Source of the DNA: Myxococcota bacterium
GTDB lineage: Bacteria; Myxococcota_A; Polyangia; Polyangiales; Sandaracinaceae
Direction: 5' to 3'
Assembly: GCA_036149055.1 (NCBI GenBank)
Contig: JAYZQJ010000148.1
Coordinates: 1 to 38,659 of the forward strand
DNA: 38,659 bases
Shown here: piece by piece, positions 25,551-29,253 of the stretch
Layout of the letters: each line of letters starts with the position of its first letter
Numbering within the stretch: position 1 is the first letter of the stretch
The notes under the pieces: generated by a model
Databases searched by the model: none
What the model was told of the DNA's origin: nothing
What the model saw: the letters and a program-made list of their open reading frames with translations, nothing else
Position numbers and translations under genes: made by a program

Positions 25551-25583
25551 TGGAGCGCATCGGAGTCGAACCGATCACGCCCT
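25551..25583 (-). ncRNA. tRNA-Ala-like minihelix or tRNA remnant (acceptor + T arm only)
   Basis: AGGGCGT-G-ATCGG-TTCGACT-CCGAT-GCGCTCC-A gives G3.U70 and A73, with no D or anticodon arm. Confidence 0.55.
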
Positions 25584-25590
25584 TCGCTGA

Positions 25591-25661
25591 AGCGATCGAC
25601 GGGAGTTGCACCCGTGTCTCCGGCATGGGAGGCCGGCGTCCTGCTGCTGGACGACGATCGC
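25591..25661 (-). tRNA. tRNA-Gly(CCC), atypical elbow
   Basis: GCGATCG/CGATCGC + U73; GTCC-AGCAGCA-GGAC; CCGGC-CT-CCC-AT-GCCGG; ACGGG-TGCAACT-CCCGT. Confidence 0.82.
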
Positions 25662-25696
25662 GAAGGCGAGCCCCTACGCGAGAGGCATTCGCGGCA

Positions 25697-25781
25697 TGGA
25701 GAGCGGAAGAGTCGAACTCCACACCCCGGAGGGTGCGCACCCGCTAGCAACGGGGCTCGATCCCGGACCGATTCACTCTCC
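25697..25781 (-). tRNA. tRNA-Ser(GCT), long variable arm
   Basis: GGAGAGT/GCTCTCC acceptor; loop TT-GCT-AG; variable stem CACCC/GGGTG; T loop TTCGACT. Confidence 0.8.
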
Positions 25782-25786
25782 TGAAG

Positions 25787-25869
25787 CGGAAGGAGGAGGT
25801 CACGCTCCCCACACCTGTCGGTGCGCACCGTTTTCGAGACGGGCTCGGCCCTCGGCCAATTCTCCTTCC
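25787..25869 (-). tRNA. tRNA-Ser(CGA), atypical T loop
   Basis: GGAAGGA/TCCTTCC + G73; loop CT-CGA-AA; variable arm CACC-GACA-GGTG; T loop AGCGTGA. Confidence 0.75.
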
Positions 25870-25878
25870 GGGAGAAGA

Positions 25879-25997
25879 GCAGCGACGAGTGGTGCGAAGA
25901 CGTGTTCCCGCGGTCCTGCCCTTGGACGACCGCCGAGGCGGGCCGGAGTCGAACCGGCATCTGCGGGGTGAGTTGTAGTCTTCGCGGCATTCGCTGC
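25879..25997 (-). ncRNA. Y RNA (YrlA-like, permuted tRNA-like domain), copy 4
   Basis: Terminal stem GCAGCGA-ATGCC-GCGAAGAC / GTCTTCGC-ACCACTCG-TCGCTGC encloses a T arm (GCCGG-TTCGACT-CCGGC), a loop-closed acceptor (CCGC-CTCG-GCGG) and then a D arm (GTCC-AAGGGCA-GGAC). Confidence 0.85.
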
Positions 25998-26035
25998 GCC
26001 ATTCGTGCGAAACGCGCTCGCTCCCTCGAGAGCGA

Positions 26036-26122
26036 CGGAAGATGGAGGTCACGCTCCCCACCCCTGGAACCAGGGGCGCGCCGGCTTCCAACCGGGCTCG
26101 GCCCTCGGCCGATTCACCTTCC
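26036..26122 (-). tRNA. tRNA-Ser(GGA), atypical T loop
   Basis: GGAAGGT/ATCTTCC + G73; loop TT-GGA-AG; variable stem CCCCTG/CAGGGG; T loop AGCGTGA; clear paralog of the Ser(CGA) gene. Confidence 0.75.
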
Positions 26123-26183
26123 AGCTCGCGCGTGGGGCGAGGGGCGACCCCGAGGCCGACCCCTCACCCGCCACGCGCCGCCC

Positions 26184-26705
26184 TCAGCTCGGGCCGGTCG
26201 TCCACCAGACCCAGTCCTTCCACGGGTCCGGCAGGCTGCGACCGACGCCCAGCTTGGGCAGCCCGGCCGGGAGCGCCTTGGGGCGCACCGGCTGGCTCAG
26301 CAGCTTCATGCCGGCCTGCTCGGGCGTCCGGTTGCCCTTTCGCCCGTTGCAGTCGCGGCACGCGCTGACGATGTTCTCCCAGGACGTGCGGCCCCCCTGA
26401 GAGCGGGGCTTCACGTGGTCGAACGTCAGCTCCCGCGCCGGCAGCTGCTCGCCGCAGTACTGGCAACGGAAGTCGTCGCGGGTGAGCACGTTCACGCGGG
26501 AGAAGCGAACCTTCGGCTCGCGGTGCTTGATCGCGCGGGTCAGCCGAACGACCGCGGGCTTCGGCAGCGCCGTGCTCACCGAGCGGATGAGCTCGTCATA
26601 GGTCTCGACGACCTCCACCTTCCCCGTGAAGGACATCAGGATGGCCTTCTGCCAGCCGACGATCCGGTGTGGCAAGTAGCCTTGGGTCAGGACCAACGTG
26701 TCCAT
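26184..26705 (-). CDS. HNH endonuclease (McrA-like, zinc-binding)
   Basis: FSRVNVLTRDDFRCQYCG..LTFDHVKPRSQGGRTSWENIVSACRDCNGRKG; ATG at 26705 (173 aa). Confidence 0.93.
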   Translation of the reverse strand: MDTLVLTQGYLPHRIVGWQKAILMSFTGKVEVVETYDELIRSVSTALPKPAVVRLTRAIKHREPKVRFSRVNVLTRDDFRCQYCGEQLPARELTFDHVKPRSQGGRTSWENIVSACRDCNGRKGNRTPEQAGMKLLSQPVRPKALPAGLPKLGVGRSLPDPWKDWVWWTTGPS

Positions 26706-26795
26706 GGGAGCACCTTCTTTCGGGGTGATGCGGGCGGAGGGAGGCGCTCGGCGCCGAACGCGACGAGCGGTGACGGAGGGGAGCGAGGGTTCTGC

Positions 26796-26870
26796 GGCGA
26801 ACGGGGAGATTCGAACTCCCACTGAGCGACTTCTGAGGCCGCTGCCTCTGCCGAGTTGGGCTACGTTCGC
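26796..26870 (-). tRNA. tRNA-Leu(CAG) with short variable loop
   Basis: GCGAACG/CGTTCGC acceptor; GCGGC-CT-CAG-AA-GTCGC; 5-nt variable loop TCAGT; GGGAG-TTCGAAT-CTCCC. Confidence 0.85.
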
Positions 26871-27057
26871 GAAACTTTCGTGGCGGGAGGTGGTCGGCTG
26901 CCCGGGGCATCCAGGCGAAGCGGGTGGAGCCTTCGCCCACCGGGCAGCCGACCGACCTTCACGCTCGAGTCCCACCGGACCGTGGCCACCCACCGGTCGC
27001 CCGCGAGGCTCGCGCTCGCGGTCGCCCCTCGTCCGAGGAGCGCGGCGTGGTCGGGGA

Positions 27058-27129
27058 CGCTCTCGCCTGGACTCGAACCAGGAACGCGGGCTTCGGAGGC
27101 CCGAGTGATCTCCGTTTCACTACGAAAGC
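27058..27129 (-). tRNA. tRNA-Arg(CCG)
   Basis: GCTTTCG/CGAGAGC + G73; GTGA-AACGGAGA-TCAC; CGGGC-CT-CCG-AA-GCCCG; CCTGG-TTCGAGT-CCAGG. Confidence 0.9.
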
Positions 27130-27199
27130 ATGTCCCCGTCGTCCGGCGGTGCGTCCAGCGCGGGGGGATGCGCCAGCGGCACGTTCGATCCGACGGAGA

Positions 27200-27271
27200 T
27201 CGGAGAGGGAGGAATCGAACCTCCGTGGTCTGGTTCCCGAAACCAGTGCGTGGCCACTACGCTACACTCCG
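27200..27271 (-). tRNA. tRNA-Pro(CGG)
   Basis: CGGAGTG/CTCTCCG + A73; GCGT-AGTGGCC-ACGC; CTGGT-TT-CGG-GA-ACCAG; GGAGG-TTCGATT-CCTCC. Confidence 0.88.
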
Positions 27272-27511
27272 CTTGCTGGAGGGCCTGAACGCAGGCCCTC
27301 CCCCCATTGGGCAAAGCGCCAATGGGGCCCCCCTCCCGACTCCGTCGGAGCTTCGCGCTTCGCGCTCGCTCCGCGTCCCCAGCGGCGGGGCGCTGGGGCC
27401 CTGCGGCTCGCGCTAGGCGCTTCGCGCCTCGCTGGCCGCCTTTCTGTTGTCGCCGACTTGGTTGTCGTGGGCCGCGCTCGGCGCTTTGCGCTTCGCTGGC
27501 CACCTTTCTGT
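27272..27511. repeat. Palindromic dispersed repeat copy B with an internal 38-bp duplication
   Basis: Inverted homolog of 12-223; 27410-27447 and 27474-27511 match at 34/38 nt. Confidence 0.65.
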
Positions 27512-27538
27512 CGTGGGGGACTCCGGGCCGGGCGGGAG

Positions 27539-27611
27539 CACCCTCGGCAGGAGTCGAACCTGCATCCTCCCGATTCGTAGTCGGGTGCTCATCCATTCGA
27601 GCTTCGAGGGT
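27539..27611 (-). tRNA. tRNA-Arg(ACG)
   Basis: ACCCTCG/CGAGGGT + G73; GCTC-GAATGGAT-GAGC; CCCGA-CT-ACG-AA-TCGGG; GCAGG-TTCGACT-CCTGC. Confidence 0.9.
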
Positions 27612-27615
27612 AGAG

Positions 27616-27684
27616 AGTGCCGAGAGGGAGTCGCGCCCTCGCTCGCCGGGTTGCAGCCAGCGACGCTCGCTCGAGCTTCGGCAC
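27616..27684 (-). tRNA. tRNA-Cys(GCA)-like, reduced D loop
   Basis: GTGCCGA/TCGGCAC + U73 (Cys discriminator); GCTC-GAGC-GAGC; loop CT-GCA-AC; GAGGG-CGCGACT-CCCTC. Confidence 0.7.
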
Positions 27685-27688
27685 GTAG

Positions 27689-27766
27689 TGGTCGACGAGG
27701 GAGCCGTGAGGAGTGCCCGGTCGGGCGTCGATTGACAGTCGATGTACTCACGGCGGCATTCGACCA
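27689..27766 (-). ncRNA. Short Y RNA without tRNA-like domain, copy 3
   Basis: TGGTCGA-ATGCC-GCCGTGAG-TACA...CTCACGGC-TCCCTCG-TCGACCA: same terminal helix motif as the other copies, with two small internal hairpins (78 nt). Confidence 0.72.
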
Positions 27767-27767
27767 G

Positions 27768-27840
27768 TGATCGAGGCGGGAGACGATCCCGCGACCTCCG
27801 GCGTGTCGGGCCGGCGCTCTGCCTGCTGAGCTACTCGATC
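27768..27840 (-). tRNA. tRNA-Val(GAC), atypical
   Basis: GATCGAG/CTCGATC + A73; GCTC-AGCAGGCA-GAGC; CCGGC-CC-GAC-AC-GCCGG (C33); GCGGG-ATCGTCT-CCCGC. Confidence 0.82.
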
Positions 27841-27864
27841 GTGTCTCCAGCGGAGACGAGAGAG

Positions 27865-27972
27865 GCAGCGACGAGGGGTGCGAAGACGCAACGCTTCTCC
27901 GCCCGCAGGATGGACGGAATCGGAGTCGAACCAATGTAAAGCAACCATGTAGTCTTCACGGGCATTCGCTGC
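27865..27972 (-). ncRNA. Y RNA with T arm and closed acceptor stem but no D arm, copy 2
   Basis: GCAGCGA-ATGCCC-GTGAAGAC-TACA..ATTGG-TTCGACT-CCGAT-TCCGTCC(loop)GGGCGGA..GTCTTCGC-ACCCCTCG-TCGCTGC. Confidence 0.8.
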
Positions 27973-27980
27973 GGAGAGGA

Positions 27981-28109
27981 GATGGCGACGAGGGGTGCGA
28001 GGACATTGCTCTAGCCACTGAGCTACGTCCCGATGACTCGAGACGGCCGGATTCGAACCGGCGACCCTTCGTGTTGCAGACGATGTAGTCCTCACGGGCA
28101 TTCGCCATC
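27981..28109 (-). ncRNA. Y RNA (YrlA-like, permuted tRNA-like domain), copy 1
   Basis: GATGGCGA-ATGCCC-GTGAGGAC-TACA..GCCGG-TTCGAAT-CCGGC-CGTCTCGA(GTCA)TCGGGACG-TA-GCTC-AGTGGCTA-GAGC..GTCCTCGC-ACCCCTCG-TCGCCATC. Confidence 0.88.
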
Positions 28110-28111
28110 AG

Positions 28112-28186
28112 GTGGACCGACGGGACTCGCACCCGCTCATGCCTGGGTCACGGCCAGGCGCCTCGACGACTTCGGCTTCGGTCCAC
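28112..28186 (-). tRNA. tRNA-His(GTG), atypical T loop
   Basis: 8-bp acceptor GTGGACCG/CGGTCCAC (G-1:C73 His determinant); CCTGG-CC-GTG-AC-CCAGG; GCGGG-TGCGAGT-CCCGT. Confidence 0.83.
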
Positions 28187-28190
28187 ACAG

Positions 28191-28261
28191 CGCCTCGAGC
28201 TGGACTCGCACCAGCACCTCCCGGATTTCACCCGGGCGCTCGACTGTCGAGCTGTCGAGGC
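28191..28261 (-). tRNA. tRNA-Phe(GAA), atypical
   Basis: GCCTCGA/TCGAGGC; GCTC-GACAGTC-GAGC; CCCGG-GT-GAA-AT-CCGGG; GCTGG-TGCGAGT-CCAGC. Confidence 0.8.
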
Positions 28262-28266
28262 AGGAG

Positions 28267-28339
28267 CGCCGCCGGAAGGATTCGAACCTTCGACCCCCCG
28301 GTTAACAGCCGGGTGCTCTACCGTTGAAGCTACGGCGGC
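28267..28339 (-). tRNA. tRNA-Asn(GTT)
   Basis: GCCGCCG/CGGCGGC + G73; GCTT-CAACGGTA-GAGC; CCCGG-CT-GTT-AA-CCGGG; GAAGG-TTCGAAT-CCTTC. Confidence 0.93.
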
Positions 28340-28384
28340 GTTCGGACCCCGGGGCGCCTGCCACGCGCCCCGGAGGAGACCTGA

Positions 28385-28413
28385 TTTTCAAGGAGCGGCC
28401 CTCGATGGAGGGC
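28385..28413 (-). promoter_or_regulatory. boxB-like hairpin followed by boxA-like antitermination sequence
   Basis: GCCCTC-CATC-GAGGGC hairpin, then GCTCCTTGAAAA, which resembles the rrn boxA consensus (GCTCTTT[A/G]A[C/A]A). Confidence 0.55.
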
Positions 28414-28415
28414 GC

Positions 28416-28486
28416 AGCCGCGCCGAGGAGTCGCACCTCGACCTCCCGGTTCAGAGCCGGACGTCCTGCTGTTGGACCAGCGCGGC
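28416..28486 (-). tRNA. tRNA-Gln(CTG), atypical
   Basis: GCCGCGC/GCGCGGC; GTCC-AACAGCA-GGAC; TCCGG-CT-CTG-AA-CCGGG; CGAGG-TGCGACT-CCTCG. Confidence 0.8.
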
Positions 28487-28490
28487 GTGA

Positions 28491-28562
28491 TGAAGCGCCA
28501 GGGAGTTGCACCCCGATCGACCGGGTAAGAACCGGCTGCTCTGGCTGTTGAGCTAGCGCTCC
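28491..28562 (-). tRNA. tRNA-Lys(CTT), atypical elbow (first array member)
   Basis: GGAGCGC/GCGCTTC + A73; GCTC-AACAGCCA-GAGC; GCCGG-TT-CTT-AC-CCGGT; CGGGG-TGCAACT-CCCTG. Confidence 0.83.
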
Positions 28563-28599
28563 AGAAACGAAAAAAGCCGTCTGCGTGCAGGCAGACGGC
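28563..28599 (-). terminator. Intrinsic terminator (attenuator 2) immediately upstream of the first tRNA
   Basis: GCCGTCTGC-CTGCAC-GCAGACGGC-TTTTTTCGTTTCT; a competing GCAGACGG strand lies at 28635-28628. Confidence 0.85.
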
Positions 28600-28624
28600 C
28601 GGAAGAAGTCGCATTGATTCGACT

Positions 28625-28819
28625 TCACCGTCTGCGATGAATCTCCTGACCGTAGGTATCTGTCTGCGAAGAGATCGGATTGAGATGGGGTTCCGGACAT
28701 CCGCTCGCCAGGCGCAGGTCACCCGTCGAGCGAGCGAACGAGGCCGCCGCGCGTGAGGGGGTCGCCGGACGCCATCGCGGCCTGATGGCCGCCAAGGGCA
28801 TGAGGGGGGTGCGCTGCAT
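28625..28819 (-). CDS. Putative leader peptide 2 (64 aa)
   Basis: Ends CGC AGA CGG TGA exactly on the antiterminator strand; codon-diverse; no visible Shine-Dalgarno. Confidence 0.5.
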   Translation of the reverse strand: MQRTPLMPLAAIRPRWRPATPSRAAASFARSTGDLRLASGCPEPHLNPISSQTDTYGQEIHRRR

Positions 28820-28886
28820 GGGAGGGGAGACGTTCGAGGGGGCGAGAAGTTCCGTCGAGCTGGGATGAAGGGAGGGGAGGGGCGCG

Positions 28887-28926
28887 AGAAACGAAAAAGG
28901 CCGCCTCGGGGAGTCCCGGGGCGGCC
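28887..28926 (-). terminator. Intrinsic terminator (attenuator 1)
   Basis: GGCCGCCCCGGG-ACTC-CCCGAGGCGGCC-TTTTTCGTTTCT; same tail as attenuator 2; a competing GGGGCG strand lies at 28958-28953. Confidence 0.85.
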
Positions 28927-28957
28927 CAAATACGCGAAAAGCGTATGGATCTCGCCC

Positions 28958-29176
28958 CTATGGGATGCGCAGTTCCTGACGAAGGAAGCTCGGGAGCTTC
29001 CCGAACGACGAGCCGCGCTCGTCCGCGCAACGCAGCGGTCCGTGACCGCCGCACTGGCTATCGATCATGTCGATGTCGATGCCGCAGAGACCGAAGGTGG
29101 TCTCCCGGCTCACACCGTACCGGTTCAGCGCTCTGGCTGACCGGTCGCCCTTCGGCGTCTGATGCGTCCACGACAT
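28958..29176 (-). CDS. Putative leader peptide 1 (72 aa, near-leaderless)
   Basis: ATG 9 nt after the -10 box; all 20 amino acids by codon 33; TAG stop overlaps the antiterminator strand. Confidence 0.62.
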   Translation of the reverse strand: MSWTHQTPKGDRSARALNRYGVSRETTFGLCGIDIDMIDSQCGGHGPLRCADERGSSFGKLPSFLRQELRIP

Positions 29177-29185
29177 GATGTGAAG

Positions 29186-29214
29186 GTCTTAACCCAGGTC
29201 CAGACCCGTGTCAA
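29186..29214 (-). promoter_or_regulatory. Putative sigma70-type promoter of the tRNA/Y RNA/Ro60 operon
   Basis: TTGACA (29214-29209)-17 nt-TAAGAC (29191-29186), preceded by a T-rich tract in otherwise very GC-rich DNA. Confidence 0.65.
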
Positions 29215-29253
29215 AGAAAAAGTGATGTCGATGACCAGAAAGTTGGTCGGACA

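Noticed and set aside
25303..25740. N-terminal extension of the Ro60 ORF to 660 aa
   Set aside because: The extension runs through tRNA genes; the ATG at 25302 has a strong GGAGG RBS and matches the usual TROVE start.
25879..25997. Permuted tRNA genes or tmRNA pieces
   Set aside because: There is no anticodon loop or tag reading frame. The anticodon-equivalent stem continues into the shared terminal helix next to a Ro60 gene, which is the YrlA layout.
26706..26993. N-terminal extension of the HNH ORF to 269 aa
   Set aside because: It overlaps tRNA-Leu and hairpins; the protein-like sequence begins at MDTLVL (26705).
27689..28109. Recurring GGCATTCG / CGACGAGGG motifs as a CRISPR array
   Set aside because: Spacing is irregular, the motifs pair with each other as terminal helices, and there are no cas genes; Y RNA paralogs explain them better.
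25343..28560. Numerous short ORFs on both strands across the array
   Set aside because: Apart from the HNH gene, they have no recognisable motifs and are explained by GC-rich tRNA and Y RNA sequence.
28302..28700. 132-aa minus-strand ORF as the leader peptide of attenuator 2
   Set aside because: It reads through the terminator into tRNA genes. The 28625-28819 frame stops on the antiterminator strand like leader 1 and fits better, though this frame is not formally excluded.
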